A stretch of 64,000 nt of DNA from an uncultured Chloroflexia bacterium. GTDB lineage: Bacteria > Chloroflexota > Limnocylindria > Limnocylindrales > CSP1-4. Location of the stretch: NCBI GenBank assembly GCA_963827965.1, contig CAWHCW010000019.1, positions 4,559 through 68,558 on the forward strand, given 5' to 3'. The notes beneath the pieces are model-generated. The model saw only the letters and a program-made list of their open reading frames with translations. It had not been told where the DNA came from and ran no database searches. This document shows, piece after piece, positions 36,585 to 47,271 of this stretch. Made by a program: the position numbers and the translations under genes. Every line of letters begins with the position of its first letter. The stretch's first letter is position 1.

Positions 36585-38164
36585 CCGCGCCGCTCGACGT
36601 CCTGGTCGTCGGCGGCGGCCCGGCCGGCCTCGCCACCGCGATCCGGCTGAAGCAGCAGCTCGCTGCCGCCTCGCAGGAGGCATCCGTCGCCGTCATCGAC
36701 AAGTCGCCGCGACCCGGCTACCACGCCCTCTCGGGAGCCGCCTTCGAGGCCGACTGCCTCGACGAGCTGGTCCCCGGCTGGCGGGACGACCGGCGCTTCA
36801 TGGAGCACATCATCCCCGTCGAACGGGACGAGCTCTACTTCCTGGCCGGGAAGCGCGCCGTCCAGGTCCCGGCGTTCGTGGTGCCCGGCCGCATGCACCA
36901 CAAGGGCGACGTCACCCTCTCCCTCTCGCGACTGGTCGACTTCCTGGCGACCAGGGCCGAGCGCCTCGGCGTGGAGCTCTACCACGGCTACTCGGCCCGG
37001 ACGCTGCTGGTCGAGGGCGATCGCGTCGCCGGCGTCGGCCTGACCGACGTGGGCCGCGACAACCACGGCGGCGAGAAGTCGAACTTCCGGCCGGCCGAGG
37101 AGATCCGGGCCCGCGTGACCGTCCTGGCCGACGGCTCGCACGGGGTGATCTCGACCCAGTTCCACGAGCGCTTCGGCGGCGGCAAGAACCCGCAGGTCTA
37201 CTCCCTCGGCATCAAGGCGGTCGTCCAGTTCGCCGGCGACAACCCGTTCGGGAACAACCGGGTTCTCCACACCCTGGGCTACCCCAACCCGGCCAGCGTC
37301 TTCGGCGGCGGCTTCATCTACAGCCTGGGCGAGAAGACGGCGGCGGTCGGCCTGATCCTGGGGCTCGACTGGAAGCACGGCGACCTGACGCCGCAGCGCG
37401 AGTTCGAGCGCTACCGGGCGCACCCCTTCATCGCCAAGATGCTGGCGGGCTCCGTGACGATCGCCACCGGCGCCAAGACGATCCCCGAGGGCGGCTACTT
37501 CGCGCTGGGCACGCTGACGGCGCCGGGGGCCCTCGTCGTGGGCGACGGGGCCGGCTTCGTCAACATGGAGAAGATCAAGGGGATCAACTACGGGATCCTC
37601 TCGGGGATGGCGGCGGCCGACACGATCGTCGAGGCCCTGGCCGCCGACGACACCGGCAAGGCGGCCTTCGCGGGCTACCGGACGCGCCTCGAGGGACGGG
37701 GCGTCCTCCCGGACCTTCGCCACGCCCGCAACTACCGCCAGGCGTTCCGCCGCGGGATCTACCCCGGTGCACCGCTCTCCCTCATCTCCAGCTGGCTGCC
37801 CGGGCGGCTCGGCATGGAGCCGGACTTCCGGGGGACGAAGCGAGGCGCGCGGATCAAGCGGGCCGATCCGGGGGGCATGGACGGCGCCACCTTCGTCAGC
37901 CTCACGGGCTCCCTCCACCGCGAGGACGAGCCGGCGCACATGACCGTGCTGGATCCCCAGAAGTGCATCACCTGCTCGACCGACTACGCGAACTCGTGCA
38001 CCCACTTCTGCCCGGGGCAGGTCTACCGCTGGGACGGCGAACGGATCGTCCTCTCCGCCTCGAACTGCCTCCACTGCATGACCTGCGCCGTGAAGTGCCC
38101 CCTGGAGAACATCCGCTGGCTGCCGCCCGAAGGCGGCGAGGGCCCCCGCTTCAAGCAGATGTAG
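36581..38164 (+). CDS. ETF:quinone oxidoreductase / FixC with a C-terminal ferredoxin (FixX-like)
   Basis: DVLVVGGGPAGL, AKTIPEGG, GDGAGF; C-terminal CITC...CTHFCP...NCLHCMTCAVKCP; ATGA overlap with etfBA. Confidence 0.9.
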   Translation: MTAPLDVLVVGGGPAGLATAIRLKQQLAAASQEASVAVIDKSPRPGYHALSGAAFEADCLDELVPGWRDDRRFMEHIIPVERDELYFLAGKRAVQVPAFVVPGRMHHKGDVTLSLSRLVDFLATRAERLGVELYHGYSARTLLVEGDRVAGVGLTDVGRDNHGGEKSNFRPAEEIRARVTVLADGSHGVISTQFHERFGGGKNPQVYSLGIKAVVQFAGDNPFGNNRVLHTLGYPNPASVFGGGFIYSLGEKTAAVGLILGLDWKHGDLTPQREFERYRAHPFIAKMLAGSVTIATGAKTIPEGGYFALGTLTAPGALVVGDGAGFVNMEKIKGINYGILSGMAAADTIVEALAADDTGKAAFAGYRTRLEGRGVLPDLRHARNYRQAFRRGIYPGAPLSLISSWLPGRLGMEPDFRGTKRGARIKRADPGGMDGATFVSLTGSLHREDEPAHMTVLDPQKCITCSTDYANSCTHFCPGQVYRWDGERIVLSASNCLHCMTCAVKCPLENIRWLPPEGGEGPRFKQM

Positions 38165-38206
38165 GGGCGGGGCGGGGCGGGGCGGCCGCCGCGGCCGCCA
38201 CGCGCC

Positions 38207-38980
38207 TCAGAGTAGTTCCAGCAACTCCGCCCGCTTGCGCTCGTACTCCTCCACGCTGAGCCGGCCCTCGTCACGAAGCGCGTCGAGCGCCCGAAGCCGA
38301 GAGGCGGCGTCGGTGGCGGGCCGATCGCCGGCGAGGACGAACGACGTCACGGTGGCAGTCACGGCCGAGTAGAGGCCGATGCCGAGGACCATGAGGATGC
38401 CTGCAGCCAGCCGGCCTTCCTCGGTCACGGGGTAGACGTCGCCGTAGCCGACCGTCGTCATCGTCACGATGCCCCACCAGAGCGCATCCAGCGGCTGGGC
38501 AACTGCCTTGTTGATCCCGTGCTCGGCGGCGTAGTAGCCGAGCGAACACAGGATCATGACGCCGACCCACGCGGCCAGGAGCCAGATGAGCCCCTTGTGC
38601 TGCGCCAGTCGCTCGACGGTCGACAGCGCACGGGCGATGCCCGCGAACGCGCGAACAAGCCGGAGCAAGCGCAGGAGCCTCAGGACCCGGAGTCCACGGA
38701 CCGACGGGATCAGCGCAACGAGGTCAATCCAGTGGCCACGCAGGTAGGCGCGGCGATCGCGGGTCGCCGAGATCCGGGCCGCGAACTCCACGACGAACAC
38801 GCCGGTCAGGGCCCAATCGAGAGCATCGATCCAGGGACGCGCCTCCGGGCTGGCGTCGTCCCCAAGGAATCCGGCGACCACATAGAGGATCGCCAGGCCA
38901 GCGAAGGTCAGCTCCCACGCGGCCTCGTGTCGCGCGATGAACGCATTGAACCTGTCGCGGACCATCACATCCGCAGTCAT
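38207..38980 (-). CDS. Voltage-gated-type potassium channel with a short C-terminal SHOCT-like tail
   Basis: S4-like RGLRVLRLLRLLRLVR; selectivity filter TMTTVGYGD. Confidence 0.9.
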   Translation of the reverse strand: MTADVMVRDRFNAFIARHEAAWELTFAGLAILYVVAGFLGDDASPEARPWIDALDWALTGVFVVEFAARISATRDRRAYLRGHWIDLVALIPSVRGLRVLRLLRLLRLVRAFAGIARALSTVERLAQHKGLIWLLAAWVGVMILCSLGYYAAEHGINKAVAQPLDALWWGIVTMTTVGYGDVYPVTEEGRLAAGILMVLGIGLYSAVTATVTSFVLAGDRPATDAASRLRALDALRDEGRLSVEEYERKRAELLELL

Positions 38981-39005
38981 CGCATGCGTCCGGGGCCTGT
39001 CGGAG

Positions 39006-39848
39006 TCATGGTGAGTACACGACGCTCAGGATGCGCGTCGTGTCCTTGTTGTCTTCGACGCGGAAGCGGAGGGCGTTGATCCCCTTCTTCAGCGTGACCT
39101 TCAGCGACCAGGTCCCATCTGCCCCGGCGCGGGTGCTCTGGTCGGGGGCGTTCGAGATGTCGCGAACGATCCGGCTCCCGGCGGGCGCAGTCCCCCGGAC
39201 AACGATCGTCTTCGTCGTCACCGTCGCCCCGTCTTCGGGGGCCAGGAAGTTGACTGGCCCTGCGCCCCAAAGGCCCCGATCGTGCTCCCTGGCATCGACC
39301 TGGGCCGCGAGATAGAGATCGGAGTACTTGACATCCGGCGGATACGTCGAGACGCGGGCGTAGCCGTCTCGGATGAGTTCGAGGTCGACGAGCCGCCAGA
39401 TGCCGTCGCGCAGCCACACGTGGCGGAGGAGGCGCCCGTAGCGGTCGGTCTCGGAGACATCCTTCTCCAAGATGACGGCTCTCCCCTCGACGAGCGCCCG
39501 ATTGGCTGCCGAGGCCTCCCGCCCCATCCACTCCACGGAGCTGCCGGGCTTGACGGTTTCGGGCGTGTCCATCCCGATGTACCGCAACCGCTCGTCGCCG
39601 AGGCCCCGGTCGACGACGATCGTGTCCCCGTCGACGACGCGGACGACCCGGGCCTCCTCCGTGGCCCCCGTGGGAACGAAGTCGCCGGGGCCGGCGCCGG
39701 GCGGCTCGATCGGTGGGGTGGTCGCGCCGGCCACAGGCGTCGATGGGGAGCCTGTCTCGGTCGGGAGCGGCGTCGAGGTTGCCTGCTGTCCACCACAGGC
39801 GACCAGCAAGCCGGCCACCAAGGCGAGTGCAACGAGCGAGTGGCGCAT
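39006..39848 (-). CDS. Thermonuclease (SNase-like) lipoprotein with a C-terminal Ig-like domain
   Basis: LLVA-C lipobox; RVVDGDT, RYIGMDTPE, DRYGRLL. Confidence 0.88.
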   Translation of the reverse strand: MRHSLVALALVAGLLVACGGQQATSTPLPTETGSPSTPVAGATTPPIEPPGAGPGDFVPTGATEEARVVRVVDGDTIVVDRGLGDERLRYIGMDTPETVKPGSSVEWMGREASAANRALVEGRAVILEKDVSETDRYGRLLRHVWLRDGIWRLVDLELIRDGYARVSTYPPDVKYSDLYLAAQVDAREHDRGLWGAGPVNFLAPEDGATVTTKTIVVRGTAPAGSRIVRDISNAPDQSTRAGADGTWSLKVTLKKGINALRFRVEDNKDTTRILSVVYSP

Positions 39849-39920
39849 GAGCGCTTCCTGTCCGCAACCGCCAAACGCCATCCGACGAGTACGAGCACGC
39901 AGTGGTGGAGGGGCTGCTGG

Positions 39921-40139
39921 CTACTTGTGTTCCTTCACGGCACGCTTGTGCGCGGATCGGAGCACGTTGTCGGCGAACCAGGCGACCGCCTCCAGCGCGT
40001 CGTTGAGCGGCTGGTTCGTGCCGTCCGCGAAGACGATGTTGAAGTGGCCGTCCGGGTAGGCATAGATCGTCTTGAGGTCGACCCTGATGCCGCTCTCGGT
40101 CCTCGTGATGGCGGCCTCCGGGATCGTGTGTCCCTTCAA
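39921..40139 (-). CDS. Small hypothetical protein (72 aa)
   Basis: TTG start with AAGGAG SD; composition differs from the GC-driven shadow ORFs. Confidence 0.55.
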   Translation of the reverse strand: MKGHTIPEAAITRTESGIRVDLKTIYAYPDGHFNIVFADGTNQPLNDALEAVAWFADNVLRSAHKRAVKEHK

Positions 40140-40215
40140 CGGAGTCTCCTTCCCGCTTGGGACGCATCGGAGGCGCGCGTCCTCGTCAGCACCTTCAATG
40201 AACGCCGACCAATCG

Positions 40216-40303
40216 TGGCGGAGAGGGTGGGATTCGAACCCACGGGGCGCGAAGGCCCTGCGGTTTTCAAGACCGCTCCGATAAACCGCTCCGGCACCTC
40301 TCC
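40216..40303 (-). tRNA. tRNA-Ser(TGA)
   Basis: Anticodon arm GCGGT-CTTGAAA-ACCGC, long variable arm, encoded CCA. Confidence 0.96.
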
Positions 40304-40364
40304 GCGGTGCGCACGGCGAGCATAGCCGGGCGCCGGGCGGTCGAGGTCGTGAGGCGACCGGACG

Positions 40365-40781
40365 TCAGGGTGCGATGCGCACCAGGGCGACGACCGGGAT
40401 CGTGCGGCTGATCCCGGCCTGGTGGTCGGCGAAGAACGGGTACCGCTCGACGATCGAGGCGAAGAGGCGTTCTCGCTCCTCGCCGGTCGTCACGACGGCA
40501 GTTGCGTCGTAGGCCTCGGCGCCCACCTCGACGCGGACCGCGGGGTTGACGGCGAGGTTGTGATACCAGGCGGGGTGCCGGGCGGCGCCGGCGTTGGAGG
40601 CGATGACGAGCAGGCGATCGCCATCGGGCACGTACATCATCGGCGTGGTCCGACGCTCGCCCGTCCGGGCGCCCGTCGTGGTCAGCAGCAGCAGCGGCCG
40701 ATCCTGCGGTGCGCCGTTGGTGCGGAAGTCCTCGATCAGGGCGCGGTTGTGCTCCCGCATGTCTTCCGGGATCTTGGTCAT
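40365..40781 (-). CDS. Deazaflavin (F420)-dependent nitroreductase family protein (Ddn-like)
   Basis: NRALIEDFR, LLLTTTGARTG, IASNAG, PAWYHNL, RTIPVV. Confidence 0.88.
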   Translation of the reverse strand: MTKIPEDMREHNRALIEDFRTNGAPQDRPLLLLTTTGARTGERRTTPMMYVPDGDRLLVIASNAGAARHPAWYHNLAVNPAVRVEVGAEAYDATAVVTTGEERERLFASIVERYPFFADHQAGISRTIPVVALVRIAP

Positions 40782-40908
40782 CGGGTCCTCAGGCTCGGGC
40801 TCGCCGGCTGCCGACCGCGCTCGCGGCCGGCGACCAGGTGGCGGCATGATGCGCCCGCTCGCCGATTCGGGAGCCGGGCTGAGCTGCGTCAGGTCGGGGC
40901 GGGCCGCG

Positions 40909-42768
40909 TCAGTTCGGGGCGCTCCCGGCCCCCGAGATCGCCGCCACCGGGATCCACGCCAGGGAGAGCGTTGCCGGATCCACCGGGCCGCCGTCCGGCG
41001 GGACCAGGCCGGCCATCACGAGACGGACGCCAGCGGGAAGCCCGGAGAGCGAGAGGTGCACCGCGCCCGGACCGGCGCCGGGAAGCACGACGAGCGTGCT
41101 CGTCGGTGCCGCCTCGCGGCCGGCCTCCGCCGCAAGGGAGCGGACCAGGAGCGCGTGAGGCCCCGGGGCGCCCTCGGCATCCGCCACGGCGTGGCCGACG
41201 GCGGGCGCCTGCCGACCGGCGGCCACGGCGACCTGCAGGGAGCCGGGATCCTCGAGGAGGCGCGGGGCGACCCGAACGGCAGCGGGAGTGCGTCCGAGCA
41301 GGAGGTCATCCCGGGGGCTCGCGACGGCCAGCTGGGTCACGGCGACCCCACCGTCTGCGTCGCGCCCGACCAGCACGGCCGCGGGCGCCATCCGGCCCAC
41401 CACGGCCGGCCCGCCGGCCAGGCGGGCCACGACCACGGCCGGCTCGAGCGGGGCACGGACGGAGACCGTCCACGGCGAGCCCGGGGTCAGGGCGGCCGGG
41501 AGCGGCACCCACGCCAGCGGATAGGCGTCATGCGCTGGATCCAGCGGGAGCGCCCACGCCTCGAGGGTCGCGGGGGCGGCGCCGGTTTCGGAGCTGGCGT
41601 CGCCGGGCGTGCCACGTGCGGTGTCGCCCGAGGCGGCGAGGGTGTCGGCGGTCGCGGCGGCGCTGTCGCCCGAAGCGGCGGGGGCGTCGGCGGTCGCGGC
41701 GGGGACCATTGCCGGCCCGATCAGCCGGACGGTGACCGCGAGGCGGTCATCCCCGAGGGCCGCGACGGCGATGGCGACCTCCCCGGCCGCCGCCACGCGC
41801 ACGGTGAGCGAGGAGATCGGCGCCCGGTCGGTCTTCGGCAAGGGCCGTCCGTCGCTGTCGCGCGCCTCCACGTCCAGCCGCCAGAGGCCGGCCTGCGACG
41901 GCGCCGTCAGCGCCAGGCGCGCCACGCCTCCCGGGCGGTCGGTCCGCTTCACGGCCGTCCATTTCGGGGCCGCGACCACCGCCGGGGCGTCGGGCGACGC
42001 CTCGACGAGGGCGACCGGGGTCCAGCGGGCGGCGAAGCGGATGGCGGGGGGCAGGACGGCCCCCGGCCGGGCGCGCCACGGGACGTCGAGGGCCAGGCGC
42101 TCCCCGACGACGGGCTGGTCGGCGACGGCCGGGCGCCCGAAGCGCAGGCCCCGCTCGCGCAGGGTGACGACCAGGCCGTCGATGACGTTGGCGAGATTCG
42201 CGACCTTGTCGGCCCAGTGCGGGTCGGAGGCGTAGTAGCGGTTGATGGCGCGCAGCGTCGGGAAGCGATACCACCAGCGGCCACCCGGGGTGAGGTAGGA
42301 CCGCTTGACGGCGGCCGCCACGACGGCGATCCCCCTGGCGTGGCTGGGGAAGCGCGAGGCGTAGCGCCACGGGTTGCGATCGTAGGCGTTGAAGCCGAAG
42401 AGGTTGCGCTTGAGGCGGGCGATGTCCGACCCGCCCCAGCCGCTCTCGAGCATCGCGTGGGCGACGAAGTAGCGGGCGTTGATCCCCTCCTCGCGCTCGG
42501 CGCGCAGGAACGCGGCGCCCAGCCGCGGCAGGGGCGTCGTGGGACCCAGCGCCTCGTCGATCATCCAGGCGGCGTAGCCCGAGACGGACAGGACGTCGGT
42601 GTTCGGCGTGAAGGCGCCGCCGACGCGGTACGGGGTCACCCGGCGGGGCTCGATCTTGCGGACCGGCGACCGTGCCTCGACGGGCGCGGCAACGGGCGCG
42701 ACGACGGCCAGCATGGTCAGGAGGGCCAGCGCGCCGAGCGCGACACGCCGTGAGCGGGAAGTTGGCAT
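40909..42768 (-). CDS. Secreted glucosaminidase-domain (GH73-like) protein
   Basis: Signal peptide; AHAMLESGWG, NLFGFNAYD, YASDPHWADKV; long C-terminal region of unknown function. Confidence 0.8.
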   Translation of the reverse strand: MPTSRSRRVALGALALLTMLAVVAPVAAPVEARSPVRKIEPRRVTPYRVGGAFTPNTDVLSVSGYAAWMIDEALGPTTPLPRLGAAFLRAEREEGINARYFVAHAMLESGWGGSDIARLKRNLFGFNAYDRNPWRYASRFPSHARGIAVVAAAVKRSYLTPGGRWWYRFPTLRAINRYYASDPHWADKVANLANVIDGLVVTLRERGLRFGRPAVADQPVVGERLALDVPWRARPGAVLPPAIRFAARWTPVALVEASPDAPAVVAAPKWTAVKRTDRPGGVARLALTAPSQAGLWRLDVEARDSDGRPLPKTDRAPISSLTVRVAAAGEVAIAVAALGDDRLAVTVRLIGPAMVPAATADAPAASGDSAAATADTLAASGDTARGTPGDASSETGAAPATLEAWALPLDPAHDAYPLAWVPLPAALTPGSPWTVSVRAPLEPAVVVARLAGGPAVVGRMAPAAVLVGRDADGGVAVTQLAVASPRDDLLLGRTPAAVRVAPRLLEDPGSLQVAVAAGRQAPAVGHAVADAEGAPGPHALLVRSLAAEAGREAAPTSTLVVLPGAGPGAVHLSLSGLPAGVRLVMAGLVPPDGGPVDPATLSLAWIPVAAISGAGSAPN

Positions 42769-42986
42769 GGAATGGCCCCACCATGGGCGCGCGAGGGTCC
42801 GCGATCCACGACCCGACCGTCCCGTTGCGGACTGGCCCCATGGTCCGGGCGGCCCGGCCCCCAGGAGGTCGATCCGGGGACCGGCGTCGTCCGATATAGG
42901 ATCAGCGGGTCACGACCGTTCCCCGGGATCCGCCACCGGCGCGGACACCCGCGGGGACGCCCGCGCACCAGCTACCCGGAGGCCCC

Positions 42987-43802
42987 GTGCTCCGCCGTTT
43001 CGTGGGCGGCGCGGTCGATCGAGCGTCCGCCGAGACCGCCCCCAGCCGCCACCTCATCGACCTGCGCGCCGTGGTCAAGGACTACCTGACCGACGCGGGG
43101 TCGTTCCGGGCCCTCCGGGGCGTCGACCTCCAGGTCGACGACGGCGAGTTCATCGCGGTCGTCGGCAAGTCCGGCTCGGGAAAGTCGACCCTCATGAACA
43201 TGATGACCGGGATCGACCGGGCGACGGCCGGCGACGTGTGGGTCGGCGGCACGCACCTCAACCACCTCTCGGAGGGCCGGACCGCCGAGTGGCGGGGGCG
43301 GACGGTGGGGGTCATCTTCCAGTTCTTCCAGCTGCTGCCCACCCTCACCGTGGCCGAGAACGTGATGCTGCCGATGGACTTCGCCGGCCTGTGGACGCCG
43401 CGGGAGCGCGAGGAGCGGGCGATGGCGCTCCTCGAGCAGGTCGAGATGGTCGACCAGGCCGCCAAGCTCCCCTCGGCCACGTCGGGCGGCGAGCAGCAGC
43501 GGGTGGCGATCGCCCGGGCGCTGGCCAACGATCCGCCCATCCTCGTCGCCGACGAGCCGACCGGGAACCTCGATTCGGCGACCGCCGAGGCGGTGATCCG
43601 CCTCTTCGACGCGCTCGTCGGGGCAGGCAAGACGATCGTCATGGTGACCCACGACCGGGAGATCGCGGCGCACGCCCGGCGGACGGTCCACATGGTGGAC
43701 GGGCACCTCCTCGACGGCATGCTCCCCGACGAGCCGACCGCGGCGGTCCCGGCGGCCCCGGGCGACCTCGCCGGGGACCAGCGCGAGCCCGCCCGTGCGT
43801 AG
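42987..43802 (+). CDS. ABC transporter ATP-binding protein (LolD/MacB-type)
   Basis: [30 protein letters not shown]. Confidence 0.93.
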   Translation: MLRRFVGGAVDRASAETAPSRHLIDLRAVVKDYLTDAGSFRALRGVDLQVDDGEFIAVVGKSGSGKSTLMNMMTGIDRATAGDVWVGGTHLNHLSEGRTAEWRGRTVGVIFQFFQLLPTLTVAENVMLPMDFAGLWTPREREERAMALLEQVEMVDQAAKLPSATSGGEQQRVAIARALANDPPILVADEPTGNLDSATAEAVIRLFDALVGAGKTIVMVTHDREIAAHARRTVHMVDGHLLDGMLPDEPTAAVPAAPGDLAGDQREPARA

Positions 43803-46181
43803 CGTCCGCTGGCGCAAGGTGCTGCGCGACCTGGGCGTCGCCCGGACGCGCACCGTCCTCGTCGTCCTCTCGATCGCCGTGGGCGTCTTCGCCGTGGGAA
43901 CGATCGCCGGGTCGAACGCGCTCCTGCAGGAGGGGCTGCGCGAGAAGCCTACCTGGCGAGCCGGCCGGCCAGCGCCACGCTCTCGACCTCCGCCTTCGGC
44001 GACGACCTCGTGGAGACCGTCCGGGAGATGCCGGGGATCGCCGACGCCGAGGGTCGGCGCAGCGTCACCGTCCGCCTGCGCACGGGACCCGAGACCTACC
44101 GGGAGCTGCAGCTGACGGCGATCTCCGACTTCGAGGACCAGCGCCTGGACTTCGTCACGCCGGAGGCGGGGGCGGCGTGGCCACCGGCGCGGGGCGAGAT
44201 GCTCCTCGAGCGCTCCAGCCTGACCCTCGCCGACGTTCCGACGGCGGGCGAGGTCGAGATCCAGACCGTGGACGGCGCGATCCACCGCCTCCGCGTCGCG
44301 GGTCTCTCCCACGAGGTCGGAGCCTCTCCGGCGTTCTACATCGGCCGCCTCAACGGCCACATCACCTTCGAGACGCTCTCCGACCTCGGCTACGGCACGG
44401 CCTACGACGAGCTGCGGATCCTCGTCGACGATCCGACACTGGGCCGCCAGGAGGTCCGCGCCGTGGCCGAGACGGTCCGCGAGCGGGTGGAGCGGACGGG
44501 CGTGACGGTGGTCTTCACCTTCGTCCCCCCGCCCGGCGAGCATCCCGCGAACGACCTCCTCGCCGGCGTCTTCCTGGTCCTCGGCTTCCTGGGGCTCCTC
44601 GCCCTCCTCGCCTCGGGCTTCCTGGTGGTGAACACGGTGAACGCGATCATCGCCCAGCAGACCCGCCAGATCGGGGTCATGAAGGCCGTCGGCGCCCGCA
44701 ACCGCCAGGTGGCCGTCCTCTACCTCGGGATGGTCCTGGCGTACGCCCTCCTCTCGCTGGGGGTCGCCCTGCCCCTGGGCGCCCTCGGTGCGTACGGGCT
44801 GACCGTCTTCACCGCCAACCTGGTGAACTTCGACGTCAGCACCTTCTTCGCGCCCCCGGCGGTGCTCGCCCTGGAGGTCGCGGTGGGGCTCCTCGTCCCC
44901 CTCCTGGCGGCCCTCGTGCCCGTCTGGCACGGCGTGCGGGTGACCGTCCGCGAGGCGGTGAGCAGCACCGGGATCGCCGACGGCTTCGGGCGGAGCCGCT
45001 TCGACCGGGCGATCCAGCGCGTCCGCGGCGTCTCCCGCCCGACCCGCCTCTCGATTCGCAACACCTTCCGCCGCAAGTCGCGCCTCCTCCTGACGCTCTC
45101 GGCGCTGACCCTGGGGGCGTCCGTCTTCATGGCCGTCTTCACGGTCCGCTCGTCGCTCTACCGGACCCTGGACGATGCCCTCGCCTATTTCGACTACGAC
45201 GTCCAGGTGGAGCTGGCGGGGCCGGCCCGGGCCGGGCTCCTGGAGACCGAGGCGGCGCGCGTCCCGGGCGTGACCGCGGCCGAGGCGTGGCGCTTCGCGT
45301 CGATCCAGCGCATCCGGGGCGACGGCACGGAGAGCCGTTCCTTCGTCACGTTCGGGCTGCCGCCGGCGACGACGATGGTCCGGCCGAAGCTGCAGGAGGG
45401 CCGCTGGCTCGTCCCGACCGACGGCAACGCGCTCGTGGCGACGGCGAACATCCGCGAGGACGAGCCGGACGTCCGGATCGGCGACACGCTCACCCTGCGG
45501 GTGAACGGGCGCGACGCGCCGTGGACGCTGGTGGGGATCGTGGAGTCGCCCACCCAGCGCCCCTTCCTCTACACGAACGCGGGCCCCCTGGAGCGGGCCG
45601 CCCGCGAGGTGGGCCGGGCGACGGTGGTCCTGCTCCGCACGGAGTCCCGCGACGCCGCGACCCAGGATCGTGTCGGGAAGGCCGCCGCCGACCACCTGGA
45701 GACGGTGGGCGTCCGGGTCGCCGCCACGACGACGATCGCCGAGGTGCGCACGACCCAGGAGCGCCTCTTCGACGTCCTCGTGATCTTCCTCTCCATGATG
45801 GCGCTCCTCCTGGGCGTGGTCGGCGGCCTGGGCCTGACCGGCACCATGAGCATCAACGTCGTGGAGCGGGCCCGCGAGATCGGGGTGATCCGGGCGGTCG
45901 GGGCATCGGACGGGGCCGTCCTGCGGCTCTTCCTCGTCGAGGGCGTGCTCATCGGCCTGATCTCCTGGGCCATCGGGGCGGTCCTCTCGATCCCGATCAG
46001 CAAGACGCTCTCCGACGCCCTGGGGATGGTCTTCCTGTCGCGGCCGCTCTCGTACGCCGTCAGCCCGGAGGGCGTGGTCCTCTGGCTCGTCATCGTCCTC
46101 GTCCTCGCCGCGGCCGCCAGCCTCCTCCCCGCCTGGCGCGCCTCGCGGCTCGCCGTCCGTGAGGTCCTGGCCTACGAATGA
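43795..46181 (+). CDS. FtsX/MacB-like ABC permease with duplicated halves (frameshift ~43945)
   Basis: [11 protein letters not shown] and [12 protein letters not shown]-type motifs; PAWRASRL. Confidence 0.9.
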
Positions 46182-47248
46182 ACGATCAGCTCGCCTCCCC
46201 CGCCGTGCCGCTCGCGCCGCACCCGGCCCAGCCCCGAAGGAGCCCCATGCGCCGCCTCATCGTCGTGCTCGTCGTCGTCCTCGCCGCCCTCGCCGGCGGG
46301 TGGCTGCTGGGCCGAGGCGGCGGTGGCGGAGCGGCCGCGACGCCCCCGCCGTCGATCCCGCCGGTCCCGCCCGCGACGGAGATCGTCGCCGACGGGCGGG
46401 TGGTGCCGGAGCGATTCGCGGAGCTGGGCGCCGCCGTCCCGGGGACGGTCCTGGCGGTGCTCGTCGCCGAGGGCGACGAGGTGGGCGCCGGGGCTCCGCT
46501 GGTCCGCCTGGATCCCGCCGCGGCGCAGGCGGAGGTGGACGCTGCCGCCGCCGCCGTGGCGGCCGCCGCCGCCGGCATGGCCCGGGCGAAGGCCGGCGTG
46601 GCGCAGGCAGCCGCGGCGGTCGATGCGGCCGCGGCTGCCGCCGACCAGGCGACCGCGGGCGTGAGCGGGGCCCGCGCGGCCCGGGATGCGCTGCCCTCGT
46701 CCGCGTCGAGCGCCCAGGAGCGCGTCGCCGACGCCAACATCGACGCCGCCCGCGCGTCCCTCGCGGGTGCCCGGGCGAACCTGCGCGGGGCGAAGGCGAG
46801 CGCCACCGCCGCCGCGGGCGCGGAGACGGCCGCCCAGGCCGAGGCAGACCGGGCGAAGGCGGGCCTGGCCGCGGCGCAGGCGGGGCTCGACCAGCTCACG
46901 ATCGCGGCGCCGTTCGCGGGAACGGTCGCGTCGCTGGACGCCCGCGTGGGCGAGCGAGCCGCGCCGGGGGTCGCGCTGGTCCGGGTGGCCAGCACGGCCG
47001 GCTGGCGGATCGAGACGACCGACCTCGACGAGACGACGGTGGCCCGGGTCGCCGTCGGCGCCGCGGTGAGGGTCACCTTCGACGGCTTGCCGGGCGTGCA
47101 GGTGGACGGGACCGTCGAGTCGGTCGCCCTCTTCGGCGCGTCGGTCCAGGGCGACGTGGTCTACCGGGCGATCGTGAAGCCGGCCACGGCGCCCGAGGGG
47201 CTCCGCTGGAACATGACGGCGACGGTGACGGTGATGACCGGGGACTGA
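46178..47248 (+). CDS. HlyD-family membrane fusion/adaptor protein (alternative start 46247)
   Basis: N-terminal TM, VAEGDEV lipoyl half, Ala-rich coiled coil, IAAPFAGTV. Confidence 0.85.
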   Translation: MNDQLASPAVPLAPHPAQPRRSPMRRLIVVLVVVLAALAGGWLLGRGGGGGAAATPPPSIPPVPPATEIVADGRVVPERFAELGAAVPGTVLAVLVAEGDEVGAGAPLVRLDPAAAQAEVDAAAAAVAAAAAGMARAKAGVAQAAAAVDAAAAAADQATAGVSGARAARDALPSSASSAQERVADANIDAARASLAGARANLRGAKASATAAAGAETAAQAEADRAKAGLAAAQAGLDQLTIAAPFAGTVASLDARVGERAAPGVALVRVASTAGWRIETTDLDETTVARVAVGAAVRVTFDGLPGVQVDGTVESVALFGASVQGDVVYRAIVKPATAPEGLRWNMTATVTVMTGD

Positions 47249-47271
47249 CCCGCGAGCGATGTGGGCCGGGG

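Noticed and set aside
40216-40303. tRNA-Sec or suppressor tRNA
   Set aside because: The anticodon is TGA (reads UCA, Ser), not TCA, and the acceptor stem is a normal 7 bp.
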